DNA from: Candidatus Poribacteria bacterium
Lineage (GTDB): Bacteria > Poribacteria > WGA-4E > WGA-3G
Direction of reading: 5' to 3'
NCBI GenBank assembly: GCA_963665235.2
Contig: CAXXLX010000001.1
Span: 1,728,001 to 1,792,000, forward strand
Length of the DNA: 64,000 nt
Made by a program: the position numbers and the translations under genes. This document shows positions 31,258-39,996 of the stretch, piece by piece. Each line of letters opens with the position of its first letter. Positions within the stretch are counted from its first letter, which is position 1. Below the pieces are notes generated by a model. It saw nothing but the letters and a program-made list of their open reading frames with translations, searched no databases and was not told the DNA's origin.

Positions 31258-32487
31258 CTAAGTTGATTCGTTCAGTTTTGGGTGTTTCCTAAAAATTTTA
31301 ACAAGACTTCGTACCAACTTTTCCGGGTCGTGGCGGATAACGTTCATTTGAATTCCGCGCTCTGTAACAACCATTCCAGAAATGAGGTCATCTTCAATGA
31401 CTGAAATCCCTTCCGCTTCAAGGTTTTCGCGTTCCCGATTATAGGAGACCTGTACCTTTGAGACATCGGCAACCTGCATAGTTTCGGCAGAGAGCTGCGA
31501 GATATGCTTTGCAAGCCCCAGCACATCCATTGGGTGTGCTCTATTTTCATGAAGGAGAGAGAGCCCCTCATCCGATAAGGCGCGGATGCGCGTTAATTGT
31601 GAAACCAACTCTTTTCGGACATATTCCTGAATAATATCTGTCGGTGCTGGCTGTTTGTTGGCTAGTACATAGTGTAACGAAATTTTTGCATGGTCAAGGA
31701 CAGCGTTGACGTGGTCGGTTACAGCGTAGCCGTCGGTTTCCCCGGGTTGCGTCATAACGTTACAGATGTAGATTTTCATGGCTTTGGAGCGTTGAATGGC
31801 TTCAACGATACCTTTAACGACAAGGTTGGGCATGATGCTGGTATAGAGGCTTCCAGGACCGATGATAATGATGTCGGCACTAACGAGTGCGTCAACGGCG
31901 GCTTCATGTGCCTGGCATTCATAAGCTTCGCCGGTGTCGTGAGGTGTTTTTCCGTTTTCGCGGGGTTCAAAAAAGACACGTTTAATAGGTTCACGATTTT
32001 CTCTTTGGGGAATAGTGGATTCGCCTCGTACGATTTCACCATCTGCAAGTTCTGCACAAAGGACAATGTGATCGAGAGTGACAGGAATGATTCTGCCGCG
32101 TACTGCAAGAAAGCGGGATGCTGCTTGGATAGCCTTCGGAAAATTTCCGTTATTCAATTCAATGAGGGCCGTCAGCAGGATATTTCCTATGGTATGTCCG
32201 CCGAGCTCGCCATTGCTTGAGAAGCGATGTTCAAAGAGCTTAGCGAATTCATCTTCGTCGGATAGGGTGAACAGGAGTCTGCGGATATCTCCAGGGGGTG
32301 GTACATCGAACTCGTCAATGAGGCGTCCCGAGCTTCCGCCATCGTCAGAAACGGTAACGATTGCCGCTAGACTGTCCAAATCAAGGATATTATCGTTAGC
32401 TGTTGCATAATCGGCATAGTGTTTAATGCCGCTGAGCAGTGCTGATAATCCACTTCCACCGCCTATGCAAGCAAGTTTCAAAGTCAT
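31258..32487 (-). CDS. YvcK/GlmR (UPF0052) gluconeogenesis factor
   Basis: IGGGSGL, DDGGSSG, GPGSLYTS, MTQPGET, RHD. Confidence 0.9.
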   Translation of the reverse strand: MTLKLACIGGGSGLSALLSGIKHYADYATANDNILDLDSLAAIVTVSDDGGSSGRLIDEFDVPPPGDIRRLLFTLSDEDEFAKLFEHRFSSNGELGGHTIGNILLTALIELNNGNFPKAIQAASRFLAVRGRIIPVTLDHIVLCAELADGEIVRGESTIPQRENREPIKRVFFEPRENGKTPHDTGEAYECQAHEAAVDALVSADIIIIGPGSLYTSIMPNLVVKGIVEAIQRSKAMKIYICNVMTQPGETDGYAVTDHVNAVLDHAKISLHYVLANKQPAPTDIIQEYVRKELVSQLTRIRALSDEGLSLLHENRAHPMDVLGLAKHISQLSAETMQVADVSKVQVSYNRERENLEAEGISVIEDDLISGMVVTERGIQMNVIRHDPEKLVRSLVKIFRKHPKLNEST

Positions 32488-32627
32488 GATTTCTCCAAAC
32501 CGCTACTAAGGCGATTTTAACTCCTATCGGCAAACTTCGTGAATGCATAAGGCACTCAGGAAAAGATGGATGCGAATTGTTAAACATCTAACCCGTGGGG
32601 GTTATTGCTTTCATATAAGGATTAATT

Positions 32628-32772
32628 TATTAATTCGGTAATTCTAATTCGGTAATTTTCTGTCCGGTTTGGCAAATTATAACTCCGGGTGTTCAAAGCT
32701 ATAACTCCGGACGATGAAGCTGAAACCCTATGCCAAAGGGTTTCTAAAATTACACCGATTACTGAATTATTT
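32628..32772. repeat. Family C inverted-repeat element (AATTCGGTAATT...ATTACYGAA)
   Basis: Same ends at ~56004-56085. Confidence 0.5.
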
Positions 32773-32868
32773 CCTTAAAACTGCTATGAAAAACGACCGC
32801 ACTCACCTTTTACATGAGTGTTTAAATTATAGCAAGTATAATTAAATTGGTATAATTAAATAACGCAA

Positions 32869-34296
32869 TTAACGGTTAATCGGTTTCATTAAAATTTTTA
32901 AGGTATCCATGGTTTCATCACATAAAGCCGCTGCTTGTGCGAAAGTGGGGGCTTCACTAAAAATCCGTATGACTGGTTCTGTTCCAGATTTACGGATGTT
33001 GACCCACCGGTCCTCCCAAACCCGTTTAATACCATCTGTTAGCTCAAGCAGCGGTGCGGAATTGCTGTCGTTGTTGGCTTGGTATTTTTTTAAGGCAAGG
33101 TCAAGGAGCTGTGTTGCGATTTCCTGCGATGGAATTTCCAATTTCTTCCGGCACATTTCGTAATGTGGCACGTTTTCCACAAGTGCACTGATAGTGGTAT
33201 CCGATTCGGCAAGGTGTTGCATAATTGCTGCGATAGAAGCGATGCCATCGGTAGTGTAATGAAGCGTGGGGTAGATAACGCCCCCGGTGCCTTCCCCGCC
33301 GATGCTTGCGTTAATTTCGTGCATCTTTTCGACTACCCACCCCACACCGACTTTGGTTCGATGGAGTTTTACTCCATGTTTTGCAGCGATATCGTCCAGC
33401 ATTCGACTTGTTGAAACTGTGGCAACGATATCTGCTTTCTGTTGTGTACCAGTAGCGGCGGGTTTCGACTTACGCAGAATAAAATCTGCAGCGAGCGCGA
33501 ACGTCCATTCACCACTGAGGGCCACGCCGGAATCTGTAACAATTACAACCCGGTCAGCATCGCCGTCGTGTGCAAAGCCGATATCCGCTTGTGCGGTACG
33601 GACGGTGTTGCAAAGCTCTTCTAACGTTTCAGGTGTTGGTTCCGCCGGCCGGCGGAAGTGGCCATCGGGTACACAATTGAGTCTGATAACCTTGCAGCCG
33701 AGTTCGTGCAATAGGGCAGGACTAATTACGCTGCCAGCCCCGTTACCGCAATCAAGGACAACTTTGAGATTAGCATTTCGGATTAAATCCACGTCAAGCC
33801 ATGGCGCGTTAAGAATCTGCTGAAGATGGTGTGTTGTGGCATCGGTAAATATTTCAAGTGTGCCTTGTTCGTTCCACGGGGCGAGTGTGAAATTTTCCGT
33901 TTCATAAATTTGTATCAATTTATCCCGTTCCCCCTGCGTCAGGAGTTTTCCGGATTCGGAGGCAAACTCAATGCCGTTCCAATCCACAGGGTTGTGACTA
34001 GCTGTGATAGTAATACTTCCTTGTGCTCCAAGCGATTTCGCCATCATGAGAACAGTGGGGGTTGGACAGAGCCCCACGTCAATAACACGACACCCAGTGG
34101 CGAAAAGACCAGCGAGCACGGCGTGTCGAAGCATGGGACTTGAGGTGCGCGAATCGCAACCGATAACGACGGTTCTGCCGCCAATAAATGTTCCGAAAGC
34201 TAGCGCGAACCGTGTAATCACACGGACATCAAGCGAGACACCAACCTGTCCTCTAACACCTGAAACGCTGATAATGGGGGTTTGCGTTTTATCCAT
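32869..34296 (-). CDS. glmM: Phosphoglucosamine/phosphomannomutase
   Basis: TASHNP, DGDADR, GGEGTGG, RKSGTEP; substrate specificity uncertain. Confidence 0.8.
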   Translation of the reverse strand: MDKTQTPIISVSGVRGQVGVSLDVRVITRFALAFGTFIGGRTVVIGCDSRTSSPMLRHAVLAGLFATGCRVIDVGLCPTPTVLMMAKSLGAQGSITITASHNPVDWNGIEFASESGKLLTQGERDKLIQIYETENFTLAPWNEQGTLEIFTDATTHHLQQILNAPWLDVDLIRNANLKVVLDCGNGAGSVISPALLHELGCKVIRLNCVPDGHFRRPAEPTPETLEELCNTVRTAQADIGFAHDGDADRVVIVTDSGVALSGEWTFALAADFILRKSKPAATGTQQKADIVATVSTSRMLDDIAAKHGVKLHRTKVGVGWVVEKMHEINASIGGEGTGGVIYPTLHYTTDGIASIAAIMQHLAESDTTISALVENVPHYEMCRKKLEIPSQEIATQLLDLALKKYQANNDSNSAPLLELTDGIKRVWEDRWVNIRKSGTEPVIRIFSEAPTFAQAAALCDETMDTLKILMKPINR

Positions 34297-34310
34297 AAAA
34301 CTCTCTCTAG

Positions 34311-34392
34311 ATTGGCAATTGGCAATTAGCAATTAGCAATTAGCAAGAGAAGAAATTGTTTTCTTTCTTTGGTTTTCAATAGCCAACAGCCA
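34311..34392. repeat. Heptamer tandem repeat (TTRGCAA)n / (AAYAGCC)n REP-like hairpin family D
   Basis: Related blocks at ~38942-39050, 48158-48280, 49690-49826 and 56387-56417, all intergenic. Confidence 0.75.
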
Positions 34393-34420
34393 TTGTGGGT
34401 TTTTCTGCGTTCAACCCGAC

Positions 34421-35197
34421 CTATAAACACAATTTTAATGTGGACAAACTCCTAGATATTCGCGAGGCACCTAAAAGGCAGCCGCCGCCTATCAAAAGTT
34501 GTCCGAAACCGATAACGTACCACGCGGGATACGTGAAATCGTAAGATGGAATCAATGTCAACTCGTAGAGCAGCGGGGTTCTAAAAATGTTCCACCCTTC
34601 GAATATGCTGCAGACAGCAATAAGTGGGTTTGCATGAAGGACAATTGGCACAAGAGGCTGGACGTTGTCGATATGACGTTCCACGGGGGTCAGCAGAAAC
34701 ATGCTGCCGACGAGAAAACCCCACAAAATATAGGCAAATTCTGCTGCGAAAAGTCTGTCCCGGAAAACTTGTGCTCCCCATAATCCGACAGCTCCCGCTG
34801 AAAAACTATAAATGGTTAGCACCCCCAACATTTTTAACGCCTGCACGAATGACATATCCGCGGTAATTAAAATGAAACCGATGGATAAAAATGCCCAGCC
34901 TAAAATAGGAAGCTGACTGATGACGAGCGTTTTCAACAAGCGAAGCCTTTCGGAATTAGGGCTGAGTGCCAATAGCTGCGTTGATGGAACCGTCGTATCC
35001 CCGGAACGTGCTGCATAAGCGGCCAAATAGGGTGCAACGACAAGGACAACGCATACCTGCGCGAGTGAAAAACATTCCGCGGGTAAACCCAGCTTTGCAC
35101 GTACCAATAGCTCGTAAATTATCCACTGTAGAAAAGTGGCGATGAGGATGCAAATCAAAAAGATTTTTTTATTGTAAGGCTTCGTTGCCATAAACAT
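34421..35197 (-). CDS. Multi-pass membrane protein (ABC permease-like)
   Basis: About 6 hydrophobic helices; ANPLIAV motif. Confidence 0.7.
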   Translation of the reverse strand: MFMATKPYNKKIFLICILIATFLQWIIYELLVRAKLGLPAECFSLAQVCVVLVVAPYLAAYAARSGDTTVPSTQLLALSPNSERLRLLKTLVISQLPILGWAFLSIGFILITADMSFVQALKMLGVLTIYSFSAGAVGLWGAQVFRDRLFAAEFAYILWGFLVGSMFLLTPVERHIDNVQPLVPIVLHANPLIAVCSIFEGWNIFRTPLLYELTLIPSYDFTYPAWYVIGFGQLLIGGGCLLGASRISRSLSTLKLCL

Positions 35198-35200
35198 AAC

Positions 35201-35854
35201 CTATTCGCGTTGTAGCTCGCTTCGCAGCTGCAAAATTGCCTCGGCAATTGAGATAAGGTTCGGATTAACAATCAGTGCTTGTTTGTATGCCTCAATTGCT
35301 TCGTTAATTCTTCCCAGTTTCAAATAAACGTGCCCCATGCCGGCAAACGCGCCGAAGTGATGCGGATTGCGTGCGATTGTCCGTTTGCAATCTTGGAGGG
35401 CATTGTGCCATTCTTCCAACATGAAATAGGCAATTGCGCGTTGATTGTAGCCTTCGGCGAAATTCGGTGCAGCTTCAATTACCGCGGTAAACTGTTCAGC
35501 TGCCTGCACGTATTTCTCATTTCTAAGGAGCATTTTTCCTGCATTGAGCATTTGGTCTACGGATGCATCCCCGGAGCGGGACCAAATGTTCCACAACGCA
35601 TTCTCCGCGATGAGGCGGGTGCGCGAATCATCACACTTAAGGGTATCCACCAGGACAGGGACAACTTCGGTGTCGCCAATGAACCCGAGGGCAGATATCG
35701 CAGCCCGGCTGACAAGCGGCTCGGGGTTTTGAATATAGTCCACCAGCTCGACGGCTGCGTATTTGGATTCCAATACCTGTTTAAGTGTTTCCTCGTCCTC
35801 CGAATTTTTGTGCATCAGAATTACTAATTCGGAAAACCCGTTATGTGTGGCCAT
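35201..35854 (-). CDS. HEAT + TPR repeat protein
   Basis: AENALWNIWSRSG, PNFAEGYNQRA, NPHHFGAFAGMG. Confidence 0.85.
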   Translation of the reverse strand: MATHNGFSELVILMHKNSEDEETLKQVLESKYAAVELVDYIQNPEPLVSRAAISALGFIGDTEVVPVLVDTLKCDDSRTRLIAENALWNIWSRSGDASVDQMLNAGKMLLRNEKYVQAAEQFTAVIEAAPNFAEGYNQRAIAYFMLEEWHNALQDCKRTIARNPHHFGAFAGMGHVYLKLGRINEAIEAYKQALIVNPNLISIAEAILQLRSELQRE

Positions 35855-35890
35855 GGTTACGCTCCTTGTCCTCTCCGTTTTAATCGCCAA

Positions 35891-36187
35891 TTAGAGATTG
35901 GGGTCGCACAGTGCATCGGCATGTTTTGCCAATTCAAAGTCCAATTCGCTGATGCCTCCCGCATCGTGTGTCATTAGGTCAATTGTCACGCGGTTATAGA
36001 CGTTGAACCATTCCGGATGATGATTCATGGATTCGGCAATCAGGGCGAGTTGTACCATGAAACCGAACGCGGTAACGAATGTATCAAATTGCAATTCTTT
36101 GTGCAATTTTCCGTTTTCGACAGTCCAGCCGTTGAGTTGTTCCAAATTCTTCTGAATTTCGGTATCCGTGAGTTTTTTTCTAGCCAT
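35891..36187 (-). CDS. phhB: Pterin-4a-carbinolamine dehydratase
   Basis: AESMNHHPEWFNVYNRV, THDAGGISELD. Confidence 0.93.
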   Translation of the reverse strand: MARKKLTDTEIQKNLEQLNGWTVENGKLHKELQFDTFVTAFGFMVQLALIAESMNHHPEWFNVYNRVTIDLMTHDAGGISELDFELAKHADALCDPNL

Positions 36188-36319
36188 CAAATTACCTCCT
36201 TAAGGGATATGCTAAATTTTTTAGTGGAATATATGCTAATATTAAGTTAAAATTATAATGAAAAAGTAGGATAAAATCAAGTTAAAATATCTGATAACTT
36301 AGAAAAGAAGGAGAAATGG

Positions 36320-37546
36320 ATGGCACTTGCAACAACACTATATTTTCCGGAGGTAGGCCCGCAGTGGGAAGACTGGATCCAAGTGATCAATGTCGGTCCC
36401 GAGGAAACCCGCGTGACAGGCATTGCCCGGCACGCTGCCAATGGGCAGCCGACATGGTCGGATGAGCGGGAGATATCCCCGTTTGAATGTTGGACCCCGA
36501 ACGTGGAGGCGATTAAACAGAATTCCTCTATGCAGCTAACCGCTGACCAACCGATTGCAGCGGAACGCCACATGCACAACAAAACAAATATTCTCGATTT
36601 TGCGGGTGCAGCGGAGGAATATGAAACGGTCGGTTTGCGTCTGTTTTTTCCTGAATTGGTTTCCGGTGCGTTAGACTGGTTCCGATTTTTGAACGTTGGC
36701 GAGGCGGATGCGTTGGTAAACATTATTATCCGGAACCGACGGGGTGATATTGTTCGGCAACGGCATCACTCAATCAAACCGCAATGTTGCTGGGATCTTG
36801 CCGAGGGGTTAATGGGAAATGTCACCGGCACCGTTGAGGTGCAAAGTACACAACCCATCGTTGGGGAACGGCATCTCCACTATCAAGGCGGAAAAACCTG
36901 TGTAGGACAATACGGACAAGTGATCTCGGATGCCCCACGGACGCTCTATTTTCCAGAGGTCGGCCCGGCATGGCAGGACTGGGCAGTCATTGTGAATGTG
37001 GGGAGAGAACGGGGTAAGGTAACATTGATAGCGCATGAAGATGGGACTGGCGACCCGGTAACAACGATGGAACACGATTTGGATCCTTTTGAATGCTGGA
37101 TGCCGAGGATGGATGATATTAAAATTAAATCTTCTATCTTAATACGGTGCGATCAGCCGATTGTCGCAGAACGACACATGCACAGCGGTACCGCTGTCAT
37201 CGACCTTCCTGGGGCATCAGAGGAGGGGGGACAGGTTGGGCTTCGTCTGTTTTTTCCTGAAGTTGCAAGTGGGGCGCGCGACTGGTTCCGTTTTCTCAAC
37301 GTCGGCGAGGTGGATGCGTTTGTTAACCTCATTGTTCGTAATAAAAAGGGGGACATTCGTCGGCAGCTGCATCGTCAGATTAAACCCCGGTGTTGTGTGG
37401 ATGTAGACGAGGGCGCGATGGGAAACGTAAGAGGCTCGGTTGAGGTGCAGAGTACACAACCTATCGTTGGGGAACGGCATTTGCATTATCAATCAGGACA
37501 CAGAGGGGCAGTTGTCGGTCAATACGGCATCGTCATTGGTGAGTAA
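36320..37546 (+). CDS. Internally repeated beta-rich protein (DUF5719-like)
   Basis: Four LY/FFPE...QPIxxERH units arranged as two ~200-aa halves. Confidence 0.75.
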   Translation: MALATTLYFPEVGPQWEDWIQVINVGPEETRVTGIARHAANGQPTWSDEREISPFECWTPNVEAIKQNSSMQLTADQPIAAERHMHNKTNILDFAGAAEEYETVGLRLFFPELVSGALDWFRFLNVGEADALVNIIIRNRRGDIVRQRHHSIKPQCCWDLAEGLMGNVTGTVEVQSTQPIVGERHLHYQGGKTCVGQYGQVISDAPRTLYFPEVGPAWQDWAVIVNVGRERGKVTLIAHEDGTGDPVTTMEHDLDPFECWMPRMDDIKIKSSILIRCDQPIVAERHMHSGTAVIDLPGASEEGGQVGLRLFFPEVASGARDWFRFLNVGEVDAFVNLIVRNKKGDIRRQLHRQIKPRCCVDVDEGAMGNVRGSVEVQSTQPIVGERHLHYQSGHRGAVVGQYGIVIGE

Positions 37547-37548
37547 AA

Positions 37549-38121
37549 ATGGCCTGGATTCAAACGGTAGATGCAGCGGAAGCAACAGGCATCGTAAAAG
37601 CGGAATACGATGCGGCAATGGAACGGGCAGGACAGCTCTATAATATCGTTAAACTTTTTAGTGTCCGTCCGAAAAGCATGAAAGTCTTTTTTGAACTCTA
37701 CAAAGTTGTCATGCATGATGATGAATCGCCGCTGAGTCGAGCGCAACGTGAAATGATTGCCACCGTTGTCTCAAAAGTGAATCAGTGCCATTACTGAATC
37801 GTGGTACATGAAGATGAGTTGCGTGACCAACTCACAGATACGGAACTTGTGAAGGATATTGTATCGGATTTTCGAACCGCGGCTATTGACGATACCACGA
37901 AAGCAATTCTCGAATTCGCAGTGAAGGTGACAGAGTCCGCGCATGCTGTCACCCGCTCCGATATAGAGCATCTTCGGAGTTTTGGGCTCAGCGATGAAGC
38001 ACTGTTTGCAATTGTTGAGGTGGTTGGATTTTTTGGATACGTCAATCGGCTAGCGAGCGCATTCGGCATCGAATTAGACGAATTTTTAGAACAGAGGGAC
38101 CCGGATGAATCTGAACAGTAA
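37549..38121 (+). CDS. AhpD/CMD-family peroxidase-related selenoprotein (in-frame UGA at 37795-37797)
   Basis: ORFs 37549..37797 and 37801..38121 are in the same frame; LSRAQREMIATVVSKVNQCHY-U = CxxU; SECIS-like hairpin downstream. Confidence 0.85.
37815..37834 (+). promoter_or_regulatory. Bacterial SECIS-like hairpin
   Basis: TGAGTTG-CGTGAC-CAACTCA; loop 24 nt after the UGA with G at loop position 2. Confidence 0.7.
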
Positions 38122-38941
38122 AATCGCTATTGTGACAGGCGCGGGACAAGGCATCGGGAAAGCTATTGCACTTAGACTCGCGAAGGCGGGGGCTGATATT
38201 GTCCTAATGGATATAAGTCTTGCAGATGTCCCAACGCAAACAGGTGAGGACAGCGCAATTACGATATGGAAATCACCCTCCGATTTGAACATCGTGCCGG
38301 ATTCTCATGCGGCCCCGGCACTTCACGTGGCTGAAGAAATTGCTGCCCTCGGTCGCCGAGTCATACCGATAGGGGCGGATGTTTCTCTATCCCCCCAAGT
38401 TGACGCTGCAGTCCAGCACGTGCTTTCTGAATTTGGACGCGTGGATATTCTCGTAAACAATGCAGGTATCGCTGGCAGAACATTACCCCTAACAGATTTG
38501 GAAGAATCGGACTGGAACGCAGTGATAAGCGTGAATCTAACCGGTGTTTTCCTCTGCTGTAAGGCGGTTATTGGAACAATGATTGCACAAGATTACGGCA
38601 GAATTGTGAATATCGCTTCAATTGCTGGTAAAGAGGGTAACCCGACACTGATACCGTATTCGGTCTCTAAGGCAGGCGTTATCTGCTTGACGAAAGCCCT
38701 CGCTAAGGAGGTAACGGACTATAACATCCGTGTGAATGCCGTATCACCCGCGGTGATTGAAACTCCGATTTTAGAAGGTATGGCACAGTCCACAATTGAT
38801 TATATGGTCAGTAAGATTCCGTTGGGACGGGTTGGTAAACCGGAGGAGGTTGCCGCTGTTGTCAATTTCTTAGCTTCGGATGAGGCAAGTTTTGTGACGG
38901 GCCAGTGTTACGATGTGAGCGGCGGTAGGGCAACGTATTAA
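38105..38941 (+). CDS. SDR family oxidoreductase (FabG-like)
   Basis: TGAGQGIG, NNAG, YSVSK, VSGG. Confidence 0.92.
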   Translation: MNLNSKIAIVTGAGQGIGKAIALRLAKAGADIVLMDISLADVPTQTGEDSAITIWKSPSDLNIVPDSHAAPALHVAEEIAALGRRVIPIGADVSLSPQVDAAVQHVLSEFGRVDILVNNAGIAGRTLPLTDLEESDWNAVISVNLTGVFLCCKAVIGTMIAQDYGRIVNIASIAGKEGNPTLIPYSVSKAGVICLTKALAKEVTDYNIRVNAVSPAVIETPILEGMAQSTIDYMVSKIPLGRVGKPEEVAAVVNFLASDEASFVTGQCYDVSGGRATY

Positions 38942-39218
38942 ATGGCGATTGGCTGTTGGAAACCATTGGAAACCATTAGCAAGAGGAAGAAAAACAAAGA
39001 GGAAGAGCCGTCTTCTCTTATACTTTTTGCTAATGGCTAATGACTAATCTAGTATTCGGGCAAACAGCCCGCTTCTCTGTAGGGTAATTCATTGTCCGTT
39101 GTCAACTTCAGAAATACCGCACCCTATCTTAAAGCGATCTTGATAATAAATGTCCATTTTTTGCTAAAACTACCAGAGAACGCTGTGTGTGAAAACTTCT
39201 TTCAAACTCACGTTAACC

Positions 39219-39494
39219 TTACCTAAGAGTTTGTCTAGCGAACCCCTCAGTGAGCGGTTCCAAAGCAGCAGGATTCCAATCACCTCGCTGTCGAATCGAA
39301 GGTTTAAGAAAAACGCTGCCACGTAACTTTAGGCGGTTCTGTGAGAAGTCTACGTACTTTATCCCTTGCTTCATCCGTTCCTCCTGCCGCTGGAGGACAA
39401 AGTCAAAGTATGCTGTCCAATCACCGAACTGATTGATAAGTTTTGCGTGTGCTTCATGCTTTTCCTTCACGGGGTCAAAATTATTGTTAGACAT
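39219..39494 (-). CDS. Putative antitoxin (downstream of PIN toxin)
   Basis: Small ORF coupled by TAATG; DPVKEKH...FDFV pattern of PIN partners. Confidence 0.55.
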   Translation of the reverse strand: MSNNNFDPVKEKHEAHAKLINQFGDWTAYFDFVLQRQEERMKQGIKYVDFSQNRLKLRGSVFLKPSIRQRGDWNPAALEPLTEGFARQTLR

Positions 39495-39961
39495 TAGAAT
39501 TTCTCCAATATTGCCTTTGGGGAGTCAATGCAGGGTGGTTTATATCCAGTCTCCCTACAAATTCGTTCAATTTCAGGTCGAGTCTGTGGGTTCGCAAGGT
39601 GCCTAAAGTTCCAAGTCGCAAGATAAGGAATAACATTTCTTGCTGCGACAGCTACGTGCACGGCATCAATGAACGCCTTCTCAGGCATTGCTTTAGGATT
39701 GATTAACCGCTTTGCAAGATCAATATCTGCTTTCTTCACAAGCAAGCGAGGGATTCCTTTAATTGCTTGCAACCTCTTAGCTGCTTGAGTTTTATTCCCT
39801 TCTTCTATTTCGTCAATAACATAATCCGAGAGTATAAATTTGAAGCGAGCATCGTTCCAAAACCGATGTGTGATTCTCTGCATCTCCGCTATTTTAGGGT
39901 TGTTACTCTGCCTAGCTACCAGATAACTCGGTATCGTTGCATCAATATAAACCCGATTCAT
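39494..39961 (-). CDS. PIN-domain (VapC-like) toxin
   Basis: VYIDATIPSYL, VIDE, DAVHVAVA, TWNFRHLAN. Confidence 0.85.
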   Translation of the reverse strand: MNRVYIDATIPSYLVARQSNNPKIAEMQRITHRFWNDARFKFILSDYVIDEIEEGNKTQAAKRLQAIKGIPRLLVKKADIDLAKRLINPKAMPEKAFIDAVHVAVAARNVIPYLATWNFRHLANPQTRPEIERICRETGYKPPCIDSPKAILEKF

Positions 39962-39996
39962 CTTATTCCTTTCAGTGAACTCACGAACTCGCTTCG

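Noticed and set aside
37549-38121. Two separate genes or a nonsense pseudogene
   Set aside because: The UGA falls at the redox Cys position and is followed by a SECIS-like hairpin
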